A DNA stretch of 64,000 nucleotides from an uncultured Vicinamibacterales bacterium (GCA_964481395.1 CAYZYG010000002.1:6060-70059), one strand, 5' to 3'. Shown: positions 51,438 to 62,763, numbered from the stretch's first letter. Notes: generated by a model not told the origin, from the sequence alone. Numbers and translations are program-made.

Positions 51438-52241
51438 CTACACTTCCCGGTACCGGCTGGCCGAGCGCCGCGCCGCGCGGTCCACGAGCCAGTCGGGGAC
51501 GTACTTCACCAGCGCCGCGATGGTCCAGTTGACGCGGCCGTTCACGTACACCACGCGGCCCCGCATGACCGCATCGTAGCCCTGTTCGGCCACCGTGCGC
51601 GCGTCCATCCACATGAACGAGGGCAGCCGGCTCACGAGCGGCCTGGTGCCGTTCACGTCGTGAAACTCGCTGTAGGTGAAGCCGGGGCACAGCGCCGTCA
51701 CGTGCACGCCCCTCGGCATCACCTCGGCGGCGAGGGACTGCGAGAACTTGATCAGCAGCGCCTTCGAGGCGCCGTAGAGGGTGTGCCCGGCGGAGCCCGG
51801 GACGAGACCCGCGAGCGACGCCACGTTGATGATGCGGCCGTAGCCGCGCGCCAGCATCCCGGGCAGCAGGCGATGCGTCAACTCGGCCACGGCCGTGACC
51901 ATGACCTGGAGGAACGTGGCCTGCTGCGGCCATGTCGTATTGGCGTAGGTGCCCGTCAGGCCGTACCCGGCGTTGTTGACGAGGGCATCGACCTCCACGC
52001 CGGCATCCAGCACGCGTGCCACGATCCGCGCCGGCGCGTCAGGGTCGGCCAGATCGTCGGCGATCGTCAGTACCCGGCACGAGTGACGGGCGGCGAGGTC
52101 GGCGGCCAGCGCCTCGAGGCGATCCCGGCGCCTGGCCGTGAGCACGAGGTGGAAGCCGTGTCCGGCGAAGACATCCGCCAGTTCCTTGCCGATGCCGGCG
52201 GAGGCGCCAGTGATGAGGGCCGTGCGCGCAGGGGTGTCCAT
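51438..52241 (-). CDS. SDR-family short-chain dehydrogenase/reductase
   Basis: [14 protein letters not shown] and YGASKA motifs. Confidence 0.9.
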   Translation of the reverse strand: MDTPARTALITGASAGIGKELADVFAGHGFHLVLTARRRDRLEALAADLAARHSCRVLTIADDLADPDAPARIVARVLDAGVEVDALVNNAGYGLTGTYANTTWPQQATFLQVMVTAVAELTHRLLPGMLARGYGRIINVASLAGLVPGSAGHTLYGASKALLIKFSQSLAAEVMPRGVHVTALCPGFTYSEFHDVNGTRPLVSRLPSFMWMDARTVAEQGYDAVMRGRVVYVNGRVNWTIAALVKYVPDWLVDRAARRSASRYREV

Positions 52242-52262
52242 CCGCCACAGTATACTGGTGGG

Positions 52263-54107
52263 ATGCCATCATCACCGCCGGCCGGGCAGGGGACCGCCAA
52301 TCCGCTTCGACGCAACGTCGCCATCATCGCCCATGTCGACCACGGGAAGACCACGCTCGTCGACGCGCTCCTGTTCCAGAGCGGGACGTTCCGCGCCAAC
52401 GAACGCGTGGCGGAGCGGGCGCTCGACAACACCGACCTGGAGCGGGAGCGGGGCATCACCATTCTCGCGAAGAATACCGCGCTTCACTACCACGACATCC
52501 TGGTGAACATCGTCGATACCCCCGGGCACGCCGATTTCGGTGGCGAAGTGGAGCGGACGCTGTCCATGGTCGACGGCGTGATGCTGCTCGTCGATGCGTC
52601 GGAGGGGCCGCTGCCCCAGACGCGGTACGTCCTGAGGAAGGCCCTCGAGCGCCGCCTGCCGCCCATCGTCGTCGTCAACAAGATCGACCGCCAGGACGCC
52701 CGGCCTCAGGAGGTCCTGAACGAGGTGTTCGATCTGTTCATCGACCTCGATGCGACGGAGGAGCAACTCGAGTTCCCGGTGCTCTACGCCAACGCGAGGG
52801 CCGGGACCGCGACATCGGACCTGGCCGTGCCGGGCACGGACCTCCGGCCGCTGTTCGAGGCGATCGCGGCCCACGTCCCTCCCCCCGCCGGCGACCCGGA
52901 TGCGCCGCTGCAGCTGTTCGTCTCGAACCTCGACTCGAGCGAGTACGTCGGGCGGATCGCGGTCGGCCGTCTCTTCAACGGCCGCGTGCGGATTGGCGAC
53001 ACGGTGGCCGTGGCGAAGCTCGGCGGCGCGCTCCAGACGACGCGCGTGACGAAACTGTACGCCTTCGAGGGGCTGAAGCGCATCGATATTGCCGAGGCCG
53101 CCGCGGGCGACATCGTGTGCCTGGCTGGGCTCGCCGACATCACGATCGGCGAGACCATCACGGACGCGGAGCGGCCGATGCCGCTGCCGCCCCTGGCGAT
53201 CGACGAGCCGACCGTCTCGATGATCTTCGGCGTCAACACGTCGCCCATGGCGGGGCGGGAAGGCCAGTTCGTGACGTCGCGCCAGATCCGTGAACGGCTC
53301 GACCGGGAGCTGCTGGGGAACGTGTCGATCCGCCTCGAAGACACCGGCTCGCCCGAGCAGATCAAGGTCGTCGGGCGCGGGGAACTGCAGCTCTCGATCC
53401 TGATCGAGATGATGCGTCGGGAGGGGTACGAACTGCAGGTGTCACGGCCGGAGATCGTGACCCGCGCGGAACAGGGCCAGACCCTGGAGCCGGTCGAGGA
53501 GCTGATCATCGACGTGCCCGAGGAGTTCCAGGGGGTGGTGATCGCCCAGCTCGGGTCGCGCAAGGGAACGATGACGAAGATGGTTAACCACGGCTCGGGG
53601 CGCGTGCGGCTCGAGTTCGACGTGCCGACGCGCGGGCTCATCGGCTTCCGGTCGCAGTTCCTCACCGACACCCGCGGCACCGGGATCATGAACCACCTCT
53701 TCAAGGCCTGGCGGCCGTGGTTCGGGCCGATCCCCGCCCGCCCGACGGGGGCGCTGGTGGCCGACCGCTCCGGCACGGCGACGGCCTATGCCATCTACAA
53801 CCTGCAGGAGCGGGGCGAGATCTTCATCGAGCCGGGGACCCAGGTCTACGAGGGGATGATCGTCGGCGAGAACGCGCGCGACAACGACCTCGACGTCAAC
53901 GTGACGAAAGAAAAGAAGCAGACGAACATGCGCGCGTCGACGGCCGACGAGGCGATCCGCCTCGTGCCGCCGCGCAAACTCGGCCTCGAGACGGCTATCG
54001 AATTCATCAACGACGATGAACTGGTCGAGATCACGCCGGCGTCGATCCGCGTGCGCAAGCGCGTCCTGAACGCGAGCTTCAGACCGAAGAACAGGGACCG
54101 GGGCTGA
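52263..54107 (+). CDS. typA: translational GTPase TypA/BipA
   Basis: ORF 51660..54107 trimmed to ATG 52263. [35 protein letters not shown] and NKIDR, with the family-typical C-terminus. Confidence 0.95.
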   Translation: MPSSPPAGQGTANPLRRNVAIIAHVDHGKTTLVDALLFQSGTFRANERVAERALDNTDLERERGITILAKNTALHYHDILVNIVDTPGHADFGGEVERTLSMVDGVMLLVDASEGPLPQTRYVLRKALERRLPPIVVVNKIDRQDARPQEVLNEVFDLFIDLDATEEQLEFPVLYANARAGTATSDLAVPGTDLRPLFEAIAAHVPPPAGDPDAPLQLFVSNLDSSEYVGRIAVGRLFNGRVRIGDTVAVAKLGGALQTTRVTKLYAFEGLKRIDIAEAAAGDIVCLAGLADITIGETITDAERPMPLPPLAIDEPTVSMIFGVNTSPMAGREGQFVTSRQIRERLDRELLGNVSIRLEDTGSPEQIKVVGRGELQLSILIEMMRREGYELQVSRPEIVTRAEQGQTLEPVEELIIDVPEEFQGVVIAQLGSRKGTMTKMVNHGSGRVRLEFDVPTRGLIGFRSQFLTDTRGTGIMNHLFKAWRPWFGPIPARPTGALVADRSGTATAYAIYNLQERGEIFIEPGTQVYEGMIVGENARDNDLDVNVTKEKKQTNMRASTADEAIRLVPPRKLGLETAIEFINDDELVEITPASIRVRKRVLNASFRPKNRDRG

Positions 54108-54134
54108 GGGCGGGAGTCGGGAGTCGAAGAACGA

Positions 54135-54241
54135 GGATCGGGGATCCGGGACCGGGGATCGCTTGTGGATGTCCCCTGGCCCCATTCGATGGCACGGTAG
54201 GGCGCGGTCCCCGACCGCGCCGCGTGGCGCCGGAGCGAAGG
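54135..54241 (+). repeat. composite intergenic repeat, type A copy 2
   Basis: GGATCGGGGATCCGGGACCGGGGATCGCTTGTGGATGTCCCCTGGCCCCATTCGATGGCACGGTAGGGCGCGGTC... is the reverse complement of 3320-3435. It lies 3' of typA with the G-rich strand as sense. Confidence 0.8.
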
Positions 54242-54446
54242 ATCGCAGGTGAGCCATGCCGCGGCGTGCGGCCGGAGTAGACAGGACAGTGATCCTCGTC
54301 GGGGCCCGGGACCCGGGTGCCGCACCGCAGTAACGCATGGAGAGGGACTCGGCAGGGCTTCCGGTGGTGTGGTCGGCCCGAGGATCACAGATGAACGGGG
54401 CCGCGGTCCGAGTGGGACGCGCAGCCGCGACGGGCCGAGCGTATCC

Positions 54447-54455
54447 TGCTAGAAT
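54447..54455 (+). promoter_or_regulatory. candidate extended -10 promoter element (TGCTAGAAT)
   Basis: TGnTAGAAT lies about 60 nt upstream of ATG 54514. There is no good -35 element. Confidence 0.3.
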
Positions 54456-54513
54456 GGCCGGGCTGTTCGTTCCGCCTGGTTCCTCCAGGGACGGGATCGT
54501 CCTGATTCGCCGC

Positions 54514-56811
54514 ATGCCGCGCCTGCGATTCGCCCACTGGGCTACAGCCGTGCTTGTGCTCGCCGCCTGCCTCCCCGCGTCGGCGCAGGGGCCGGTCGCG
54601 CCCGGCGAGCCCCCGTCCATTGCCGGGCCCGTGCCGGTGCCGCCGGCCACTGTTGCCCGCGACGATGCCGGCCGCGTCACGGTCCGTGCCGTGCGCCTCG
54701 ACACGGCTCTGCGGGTCGACGGCCGTCTCGACGATGAGGTCTACCGACAGACGGCTCCGATCGACGGGTTCCTCCAGCAGGAGCCCCGCGAAGGCGAAGC
54801 CGCCAGCGAGACCACCGAGGTCTGGCTGTTCTTCGACGACACCGCCGTCTACGTGGCCGCCCGGATGCACGACACCCGGGCCTCGGAGATCGTCGCCAAC
54901 GAGATGCGCCGCGACAGCTTCAACATCTTCCAGAACGACAACTTCGGGGTCATCTTCGACACCTTCCACGATCGGCGCAACGGGTTCTTCTTCTACACGA
55001 ACCCGGTGGGCGGCCTGTCGGACCAGACGGTGACGGACGAGCGCGAGAGCAACCGCGAGTGGAACACGGTGTGGGAGTGCCGGACGACGCGCGACGATGA
55101 GGGATGGAGCGTCGAGATGGCCATCCCGTTCAGGTCGCTCCGCTACCCGCGGCCCGGCGCGCAGCTTTGGGGGGTCAATTTCCGCCGCACGATCCGCCGA
55201 CGCAACGAGATGTCGTACCTGACTCCGATCCCGGCGGCGTACGGCCCACGCGGCATGCAGCGGCTGTCGTCCGCGGCGACGCTGGTCGGGCTGGTGGCGC
55301 CTCCATCGTCGCTGAACCTCGAAGTCAAGCCGTACGCCGCCTCAGCGCTCCGGACGGACAACGAGGCCGAGCCCCCGGTGTCGAACGAGCTCGATCCGAA
55401 CGTCGGCATCGACCTGAAGTACGGCGTGACGCAGGGGCTCACCGCGGACTTCAGCGTCAACACGGACTTCGCCCAGGTGGAGGAGGACGAGCAGCAGGTG
55501 AACCTCACGCGGTTCAGCCTGTTCTTCCCCGAGCGCCGGGATTTCTTCCTCGAGGGGATGGGCATCTTCGCCTTCGGCGGCGCGGGGGGCAGCCCGCGTG
55601 GCGGCGGGGGAGGGCCCCCGTCGAACACGCCGGTGCTGTTCTACAGTCGCCGCATCGGCCTGCAGGAAGGCGAGACGATCCCCATGCGGTACGGAGCCCG
55701 GCTCACCGGGAAGGCCGGCCCGTACTCGATCGGCTTTCTCGACGCGAGGACCGCCGAGCGGGATCTCGAGGAGGGCCACGCGTATCCGACGAACTTCCTC
55801 GTGGCGCGCGTGAAGCGCGACATCCTCAGACGCAGCTCGATCGGCGCGATCGTCACCCGGCGCGGGCCGTCGGTTGACGGACTTGCGGCGAACTACGCGT
55901 ACGGCGTCGACGGGAACTTCGTCTTCTTCCAGAACCTGACCGTCGACGCGTTCGTCGCGAAGAGCGAGACGCCCGGACGGACGGGCAACGCCACGAGCTA
56001 CCGCGGGGCGCTGGATTATGCCGGCGACCGCTACGGCCTCCGGATCGAGCAGTCGCATGTCGGGCCCGACTTCAATCCGGAAATCGGCTTTCTCCGGCGC
56101 GAGGACTTCGACCGATCGTTCGTGCAGGGACGCTTCAGCCCGCGGCCTTCCCCTCCGTCGCGCATTCGCAAGTACCAGTTCGAAGTGTCGGCGGACTACT
56201 TCGAGAACACCGCGAACGTCGTCGAGACGCGCGAGTTCCAGGGGCAGTTCAGCCTGGAGTTCCAGAGCGGCGACGAGTGGAGCGTCGACGTCACCCGCAG
56301 CTACGAGTACCTGGACGAGCCGTTCGAGATTACCGAGGGCGTCTTCATTCCCGTCGGCGGCTACCACTACACCGCCGGGCAGACGTCGCTTCGCCTCGGA
56401 CCACAGCGGAAAGTGTCGGGATGGCTGTCTGCCGGCTACGGGCAGTTCTTCGACGGCACGCGGGCGGAGGCCAGTTTCCGGGGCCGGGTCGAACTGACGC
56501 CGAAGCTCGCCGTGGAGCCGGGCCTGGCGTTCAACTGGATCGACCTGCCCGCGGCGGCGTACCGCACGGACCTGCTGTCGGCCCGCGTCAACTATGCGAT
56601 CTCGCCGCGGACGATCCTGAGCGGGCTGGTGCAGTACAACTCCAACGCGAGCGCGATCAGCTCCAGCGTCCGCTTCCGCTGGGAGTACCGGCCCGGCAGC
56701 GACCTCTTCCTGGTGTACTCCGAAGGGCGCGACACCTCGCTGCCGCACGAGCCGCCGCGCCTCGCCAATCACAGCCTCGCGGTCAAGTTCACGCGCCTGT
56801 TCCGCTTCTGA
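54514..56811 (+). CDS. CBM9-like / DUF5916-type outer-membrane-associated protein
   Basis: ORF trimmed to ATG 54514 (MPRLRFAHWATAVLVLAACLPASAQ). LRVDGRLDDEVYRQTAPIDGF...VWLFFDDTAVYVAARMHD is CBM9-like. Long beta-rich C-terminus ends in FTRLFRF. Confidence 0.7.
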   Translation: MPRLRFAHWATAVLVLAACLPASAQGPVAPGEPPSIAGPVPVPPATVARDDAGRVTVRAVRLDTALRVDGRLDDEVYRQTAPIDGFLQQEPREGEAASETTEVWLFFDDTAVYVAARMHDTRASEIVANEMRRDSFNIFQNDNFGVIFDTFHDRRNGFFFYTNPVGGLSDQTVTDERESNREWNTVWECRTTRDDEGWSVEMAIPFRSLRYPRPGAQLWGVNFRRTIRRRNEMSYLTPIPAAYGPRGMQRLSSAATLVGLVAPPSSLNLEVKPYAASALRTDNEAEPPVSNELDPNVGIDLKYGVTQGLTADFSVNTDFAQVEEDEQQVNLTRFSLFFPERRDFFLEGMGIFAFGGAGGSPRGGGGGPPSNTPVLFYSRRIGLQEGETIPMRYGARLTGKAGPYSIGFLDARTAERDLEEGHAYPTNFLVARVKRDILRRSSIGAIVTRRGPSVDGLAANYAYGVDGNFVFFQNLTVDAFVAKSETPGRTGNATSYRGALDYAGDRYGLRIEQSHVGPDFNPEIGFLRREDFDRSFVQGRFSPRPSPPSRIRKYQFEVSADYFENTANVVETREFQGQFSLEFQSGDEWSVDVTRSYEYLDEPFEITEGVFIPVGGYHYTAGQTSLRLGPQRKVSGWLSAGYGQFFDGTRAEASFRGRVELTPKLAVEPGLAFNWIDLPAAAYRTDLLSARVNYAISPRTILSGLVQYNSNASAISSSVRFRWEYRPGSDLFLVYSEGRDTSLPHEPPRLANHSLAVKFTRLFRF

Positions 56812-57238
56812 GAACAGGGACCGGAAACCGGGGATCGGGGGCCAGGTCCGACACTGCGAGTCGAGAGTCGGCCGTTCGACTCGCTGGCGCTCGCTCAGCC
56901 CACCCTGCGGTTCGACACGCTCGCCGCTCCCTGAGCCGGTCGAAGCGTGAGTCTGGTCGAGGGGCGGTTCAGCGCTTTGACAGCAGCCTGCGGCGCCGTG
57001 TTCCCTGCCGCCTGTCGCCTGATCCCTGTCGTGCGGATTCCGAGGTCGGTGCTCGGAGTTCGGCGTGCGGTCGGCCAACCCTTTGCTCAGCTGCGGCGTC
57101 TAATACGGGCAAGCTGGCCTTGCGCCCCCTCACGCCTGGAATGACGGGGCATCGCCCAGCCGGGTTGTCGCGCCCGGCGTTGCGCCCCGGCCGCGATCCA
57201 TCCCGCCCGTTGGCATCGTTCGGTGAGGGAGCGCCTTC

Positions 57239-58561
57239 ATGAGGAAGCGTCTTGCGGTTGGGGGCCTGCTGTACCTGTGCGTTGTCTGGCCAGCCGTTCT
57301 GGCGGCGCAACCGCCGCCGCCCCCGCCGCCTCCGGAACCGCCCCGCATCCAGCAGATCGAGGGCCGGGTCAAGGTGTTCATCGACTGCCGCTGGTCGTGC
57401 GATTCGGATTACATTCGGACCAACCTGACGTTCGTCGATCACGTCCGCGATCGCGAGGCCGCCGACGTCCACATCCTCGTGACGGGACGTTCCACCGGGG
57501 CCGGCGGGAGCGAGGTCACACTGTCGTTCATGGGCCGGGGGCCGTTCGAGCGTCTCGACGATACGCTGCTGGCGATCATCCCGCCCAACGCGGCATCGGA
57601 CGCCGTGCGTGCCGCCCTCGTCCTGAAGCTGAAGGTGGGACTTACACGGTACGTCGCCCATTCCAGCGAGTCCGACACGCTCCGTGTGTCGATCGAGGCG
57701 GCGAAGACCCAGGCGGCACAGCAGCCGGGCCACGATCCGTGGGACCACTGGGTGTTCCGCATCCGCGCCAATGGAAGCGTGAGCGGTGAGGAAGCCTCGT
57801 CGTACCAGTCCTATTCGGGGGGCGTGTCGGCCAACCGGGTGACGGATGCCTGGAAGGTCAGTCTGTCGGGGAGCGCGTCGTATCGTCAGAGCTCCTACGA
57901 CCTGGGAGACGAGGATCCCTACGTGAGCATCTCGCGCGATTCGAGCGCGAGCGGGCTGATCGTGAGAAGCCTCACCCCCCACTGGTCGCTCGGCGCGCGC
58001 AGTTCGGTGAGCTCGTCGACCTACTCGAACCGGAGGCTGCAGATTCACGCCGCGCCGGCCATCGAGTACAACATCTTTCCGTATAGCGAGTCGACGCGCC
58101 GGTCGTTGACGATCCAGTACGGTATCGGCGTGACGTCCACCGACTACTTCGAAGAAACCCTCTACGGCAAGGCATCCGAGACGCGTCCGGTCCATACGCT
58201 GAGCGCCGATATCGAGGCGCGCCAGCCGTGGGGCCAGGTGAGCGCCAGCGTGGATGTCTCGCAGTACCTGTCGATGATGGACAAGTACCGCGTGCAGTCG
58301 TGGGGCATGATCGATCTGCGAATCAAGAAAGGGCTGTCGTTCAACGTCGGCGGAGGCGCGTCCTGGATCCGCGACCAGATCAATCTGCCGCTGGGGGAGG
58401 CCACAGACGAGGAGATACTGGTGCGCCAGCGCCAGCTCGCGACGGCCTGGGACTACTCCGTGTACTTCGGCATCTCCTACACCTTCGGATCCATCTACAA
58501 CAACATCGTGAACCCGCGGTTCGGAAGCTCGGGCGGCGGGGGGATGGTCGTCTACTACTGA
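57239..58561 (+). CDS. hypothetical outer-membrane beta-barrel-like protein
   Basis: SD GAGGGAG. Signal peptide MRKRLAVGGLLYLCVVWPAVLAAQ followed by a poly-Pro linker. The C-terminal two-thirds show alternating-hydrophobic beta-strand patterns. No family name recalled. Confidence 0.55.
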   Translation: MRKRLAVGGLLYLCVVWPAVLAAQPPPPPPPPEPPRIQQIEGRVKVFIDCRWSCDSDYIRTNLTFVDHVRDREAADVHILVTGRSTGAGGSEVTLSFMGRGPFERLDDTLLAIIPPNAASDAVRAALVLKLKVGLTRYVAHSSESDTLRVSIEAAKTQAAQQPGHDPWDHWVFRIRANGSVSGEEASSYQSYSGGVSANRVTDAWKVSLSGSASYRQSSYDLGDEDPYVSISRDSSASGLIVRSLTPHWSLGARSSVSSSTYSNRRLQIHAAPAIEYNIFPYSESTRRSLTIQYGIGVTSTDYFEETLYGKASETRPVHTLSADIEARQPWGQVSASVDVSQYLSMMDKYRVQSWGMIDLRIKKGLSFNVGGGASWIRDQINLPLGEATDEEILVRQRQLATAWDYSVYFGISYTFGSIYNNIVNPRFGSSGGGGMVVYY

Positions 58562-58841
58562 CGCTCACGGGGACCGGGGGCCGGGGACCGGGGACCGGTT
58601 CTGCGACGACAGCCACGAGGCGGACCGCGAGGCGATCGGGTCTGGTGCCGCCGGCCGTCCGCCGAGAGCTGGGCTCACTCGAGTGAATCCCGGTTCGTGT
58701 CAACAGTGGAGTCCGGCTGGTATTATGGCCAGACGAACCGGGATCTGGAAGTTAGGGCCCCGGATCGGGGTGCTGACCGGCTCGAGTTTCCGATCCCCGA
58801 TCCCCGATCCCCGGTCCCCGGCCCCCAGAGGATGCGCGGAG

Positions 58842-59699
58842 ATGCTGGGACGACAGACGAGCGGTTCGGTCGTGTGCGTGTCATGCGGGCAGCTCGTCGG
58901 CGTGAACGACGAGACCTGCTACAACTGCGGCCGGCGCAATCCCGGCCTCTGGGGCTACGCGCCGCTCCTGCGACGCCTCGGCAACGACCTGGGGTTCGTG
59001 CCGATGGTCGTGGTGGGCTCGGCCGGACTCTACGTCGCCGCGCTGCTGGCCTCGGGTTCCAACATCCGGATGGGCGGGCTCTTCAGCTTCCTGTCGCCCA
59101 GCACGATGAGCCTGTTCCTCTTTGGCGCGAGCGGCGCCATCCCGGTGTTCGAATACGGCCGCTGGTGGACCATTCTCAGCGCCGGCTGGCTTCACGCCGG
59201 ACTACTGCACATCCTCTTCAACATGATGTGGGTGCGGAACCTGGGGCCGACCTGCGCGGAGCTGTACGGCCCAGGACGGATGGTGATCATCTACACGGCC
59301 GCCGGCGTCGTGGGGTTTGCGGCCAGTTCGTTCATGGGGGTCGCGCTAGCCGGCGTGCCCATCCTCGGCGGGGCGGGCTTTACGGTCGGCGCTTCCGCGC
59401 CGGTCTTCGGGCTTCTGGGCGCCCTCGTGAACTACGGACAGCGTTCCGGCAGCAGCATGGCGCGCCGCGAAGGGCTCCAGTACGCCCTCATGCTGGGCGT
59501 GTTCGGCCTCATCATGCCCGGCATCGACAACTGGGCCCACGCAGGAGGCTTCGCCGGCGGCTGGCTCGCCGGCCGGCTGCTCGATCCGCTCAAGCCCGAG
59601 CGTCTCGACCACATGCTGATCGCCGTGGGCTGCATCCTCGCCACGCTTCTCGCGATCGTGGCCTCGATCCTGCACGGACTGGCGCTGTTCAGAGGGTAG
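58842..59699 (+). CDS. rhomboid-family intramembrane serine protease with N-terminal zinc ribbon
   Basis: ORF trimmed to ATG 58842. CVSCGQLV...CYNCG ribbon. WLHAGLLHILFNM, GASAPVFGLLGA (catalytic Ser) and HAGGFAGG (His). Confidence 0.85.
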   Translation: MLGRQTSGSVVCVSCGQLVGVNDETCYNCGRRNPGLWGYAPLLRRLGNDLGFVPMVVVGSAGLYVAALLASGSNIRMGGLFSFLSPSTMSLFLFGASGAIPVFEYGRWWTILSAGWLHAGLLHILFNMMWVRNLGPTCAELYGPGRMVIIYTAAGVVGFAASSFMGVALAGVPILGGAGFTVGASAPVFGLLGALVNYGQRSGSSMARREGLQYALMLGVFGLIMPGIDNWAHAGGFAGGWLAGRLLDPLKPERLDHMLIAVGCILATLLAIVASILHGLALFRG

Positions 59700-59854
59700 G
59701 ACGGGGGTAGGAGCCAGGAGTCAGAAGACAGAAGACCGAAGGCGGCCGCCACGCGAGAAGGGCCGACGCAATCGCGCCGGCCCCTGCCGCTGTCGACGAG
59801 TTGTCCGGGCCTACCGGCGGGGCACATCTGGTCCCCGGTCCCCGGTCCCTGTCC

Positions 59855-61303
59855 TTACGCGTTCTTCAGAATCGCCAGCACGTAATCCCAGTACTTGCCG
59901 ACGGTGTCGATGTAGATCTTCTCGTCGGGTGAGTGCACGCCTTCGAGCGTCGGCCCGAGCGATACCATATCCATGCCGGGGTACTTCTCGCCGATGATCC
60001 CGCATTCGAGCCCGGCGTGGACAGCCTTCACTTCGGGCTCCTTGCCGTACAGCTTCTGGTACGTCGCGATGGCGGTCTTCAGGATCGGCGAATCGAGGTT
60101 CGGCTTCCAGCCGGGGTACCCGTGAGACCCGCTCGCGGTCGCACCGCCCAGCTCGAAGACGTGACGGACGGTGCCCGACGCCTCGTCGATCTCTGAGGCC
60201 ACCGAACTGCGCTGGCTCGTCTGGATGACGACATCCTTCTTCGTCGTGGTGATGACGGCCAGGTTCGTCGAGGTCTCGACCAGGCCCGGGATGTCCGCGC
60301 TCATCTTCAGTACGCCGTGCGGCATGGCCGAGATGGTCATCGTGAGCTTCTTCTGGAGGCTCTTCTTCATGACCTTGGCCCGGCCCTTCACGGCGGCGGC
60401 CGTGACCTCGAGCGACGGCTCCACGCTCGACAGCTCGGCCTTGACGATGGCGTTCAGCGACGACACGATGGCCATGGCCTCGTCGAGCTTCTTCTTCGGG
60501 ATGAAGAGCAGCGCGACCGCGTCGCGCGGGATCGCGTTGCGCTTGTTGCCGGCGTCGATGCGGGCCAGCCGCGCGCCGACGGCGCCGAGCGCCATGATCA
60601 CGCGGTTGATGATCTTGATGGCATTCCCGCGGCCCTTGTCGATCTCGAGGCCCGAGTGCCCGCCGCGCAGCCCGCCGACCTTCAGCTCGACGCCCACCGT
60701 TCCCGCCGGCGCCGGCTCGCCCTGGAACGGCCACGTGCCGGTCGAATCGCGGCCGCCCGAGCAGCCGACGTAGAGCGCACCTTCTTCCTCCGAGTCGAGG
60801 TTCAGGAGCGTCTGGCTCTCCAGCAGGCCGGGTTCCAGGTTGTTGGCGCCGGTCAGCCCGGTTTCCTCATCGATCGTGAAGAGGAATTCCAGCGGTCCGT
60901 GCTGGAGGGTCTTGTCGGCCATGATGGCGAGGTTGGTGGCCACCGCGACGCCGTTGTCGGCGCCGAGCGTCGTGCCATCGGCCATCATCACGTTGTCCTT
61001 GCGGACGAGGATGATGGGGTCCTTGAGGAAATCGTGCTTCTTGTCGGGCCGCTTCTCGGGAACCATGTCCAGATGCCCCTGGAGGCAGATGGACTTCTTG
61101 CCCTCGAACCCGGCCGACGCCGGCTTGCGCACGATGACGTTGCCGGCCTTGTCCCGGAGGGACTCGAGGCCGAGCTTCCTGGCGGTGTCGACGACGAACA
61201 CCGCAGCCGCCTCTTCGTGCTTCGACGGGCGGGGGATCTTCGAGAGTTCGGCGAAGTAGTGCCACAGGCCTTCCGGTTTGAGTCCCTGGATCGCAGATGC
61301 CAT
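59855..61303 (-). CDS. pepD: aminoacyl-histidine (Xaa-His) dipeptidase, M20C
   Basis: LWHYFAELSKIPRPSKHE, CLQGHLDMVPEK, DGTTLGADNG and FTIDEETGLTGA. Confidence 0.9.
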   Translation of the reverse strand: MASAIQGLKPEGLWHYFAELSKIPRPSKHEEAAAVFVVDTARKLGLESLRDKAGNVIVRKPASAGFEGKKSICLQGHLDMVPEKRPDKKHDFLKDPIILVRKDNVMMADGTTLGADNGVAVATNLAIMADKTLQHGPLEFLFTIDEETGLTGANNLEPGLLESQTLLNLDSEEEGALYVGCSGGRDSTGTWPFQGEPAPAGTVGVELKVGGLRGGHSGLEIDKGRGNAIKIINRVIMALGAVGARLARIDAGNKRNAIPRDAVALLFIPKKKLDEAMAIVSSLNAIVKAELSSVEPSLEVTAAAVKGRAKVMKKSLQKKLTMTISAMPHGVLKMSADIPGLVETSTNLAVITTTKKDVVIQTSQRSSVASEIDEASGTVRHVFELGGATASGSHGYPGWKPNLDSPILKTAIATYQKLYGKEPEVKAVHAGLECGIIGEKYPGMDMVSLGPTLEGVHSPDEKIYIDTVGKYWDYVLAILKNA

Positions 61304-61376
61304 ATCGGAGCTCCTTAAGAAAGTGCGCCCGAATCGGGGTCCAACGGCGGGGCTCTTGAGACTGTAGCACGGAGAA

Positions 61377-61499
61377 CAGGGACCTGGGACCGGGGATCGG
61401 GGGCCGGTTCTGAATGGGGCGCCGGTCCCCGATTCCTGCTCTTGGTCCCTGGTCCCTGGTCCCCGTTCCTGGTCCCTGGTCCCCGGTCCCCGATCCCTG
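61377..61499. repeat. inverted G-rich / C-rich heptad arrays in the pepD-aminopeptidase divergent gap
   Basis: CAGGGACCTGGGACCGGGGATCGGGGGCCGG (61377-61407) is followed by CCGGTCCCCGATTCCTG...GGTCCCTGGTCCCTGGTCCCCG...GGTCCCCGGTCCCCGATCCCTG (61421-61499). Confidence 0.85.
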
Positions 61500-61503
61500 C
61501 ATA

Positions 61504-62475
61504 ATGCCCCCTATGCACATCTCCTCCGAACTCCAGTCCGCCGCCCTCATCGCCGTCCGGGACTGCATGGGCGTCCAGCCCGGCGAGCGGGTGCTCGTCG
61601 TGACCGACGCGCCGCTCCGGACCATCGGATACGCCTGCCACGAGGCTGCCCGGCAGCTCGGCAACGAGGTCATGCTCATCGACATGCCGCCCCGCAGGAC
61701 CAACGGCGAAGAGCCACCCGCCGAAGTGGCCTGGTTGATGACCCAGGTGGACGTCGTCCTGTGCCCGACCTCCAAGTCGCTCACCCACACCGACTCGCGC
61801 CGGTCCGCGAGCGCCAAGGGGGTCCGCGTGGCCACCCTTCCGAACGTCACAGAAGAAGTGATGATCCGCTGCATGAACGCCGACTACCACGCCATTGCCG
61901 AGCGCACCCACCGGCTGTGCGACCTCTTGCGCGACACGAAGGTCGTGCGCGTGACGGCACCGGCCGGCACGGACATCACCATGCCCATCGAGGGCCGGGA
62001 ACCGCACGCCAGCTCGGGCATCTTCCGTGAGAAGGGGCAGTGGGGGAACCTGCCAACCGGCGAAGCCTACTTGGCGCCCCTCGAGGGACTCTCGAACGGC
62101 GTGGTCGTGGTCGACGGGTCCATGGCCAGCGTCGGCATGGTCGACGAACCCATCCACATCGTCGTCAACGACGGATATGCGGCCGACATCACCGGCGGCG
62201 CGTCGGCTCACAGGCTTGTCGAGCTGCTGGCCCCGCACGGGAAGGACGGCCGGACGGTCGCCGAGTTCGGCATCGGCACCAACGACAGGGCCATCCTGAC
62301 GGGCATCATCCTCGAAGACGAGAAAGTGATGGGCACCATCCACATCGCCTTCGGCGACAACAAGTCGATGGGCGGCAGCGTACGCGTGGCGAGCCACCTC
62401 GACGGCCTCGTCAAGCAGCCGACCGTCTGGTTCGACGACCGGAAGATCATGGAGGACGGGAGGCTGCTCGTCTGA
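61504..62475 (+). CDS. aminopeptidase, AmpS/PepS-like (M29-related, COG2309 type)
   Basis: ATG 61504 (an alternative is 61513). NLPTGEAYLAP, VVVDGS, FGIGTN and GTIHIAFGDN. Confidence 0.78.
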   Translation: MPPMHISSELQSAALIAVRDCMGVQPGERVLVVTDAPLRTIGYACHEAARQLGNEVMLIDMPPRRTNGEEPPAEVAWLMTQVDVVLCPTSKSLTHTDSRRSASAKGVRVATLPNVTEEVMIRCMNADYHAIAERTHRLCDLLRDTKVVRVTAPAGTDITMPIEGREPHASSGIFREKGQWGNLPTGEAYLAPLEGLSNGVVVVDGSMASVGMVDEPIHIVVNDGYAADITGGASAHRLVELLAPHGKDGRTVAEFGIGTNDRAILTGIILEDEKVMGTIHIAFGDNKSMGGSVRVASHLDGLVKQPTVWFDDRKIMEDGRLLV

Positions 62476-62523
62476 CGGCGGGGACCCGGGACCCGGGGCC
62501 GGCGCCGCCGCGGCGAGCCGTGC

Positions 62524-62685
62524 GTCACGTTCGCAGTCCCGCTCGCGCTCGCCGGCAAAACGCACCTTGCCGGGACGTGTCCTGCTGCTTTGCGTGGGGG
62601 CCCCCAGCCCCACGCGTGTCGCCCCCTCACGGGGCGTTTTGCAGACTGACGCCGTCGGCTCGGCTCAAGGGCCTGCTCAGTGACG
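62524..62685 (+). repeat. type C structured repeat element (copy 2)
   Basis: Carries the same two terminal blocks as 8334-8372 and 8478-8532, with a different 68-nt spacer that itself contains the hairpin GCGTGGGG...CCCCACGC. Confidence 0.75.
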
Positions 62686-62763
62686 CACGGTTCGCCTGGG
62701 TGGCGACTACCCCGGGGCACCGAACCTGGACGGCCGGGTGTGCGTTCTTCAGTGTAGGCGCGC

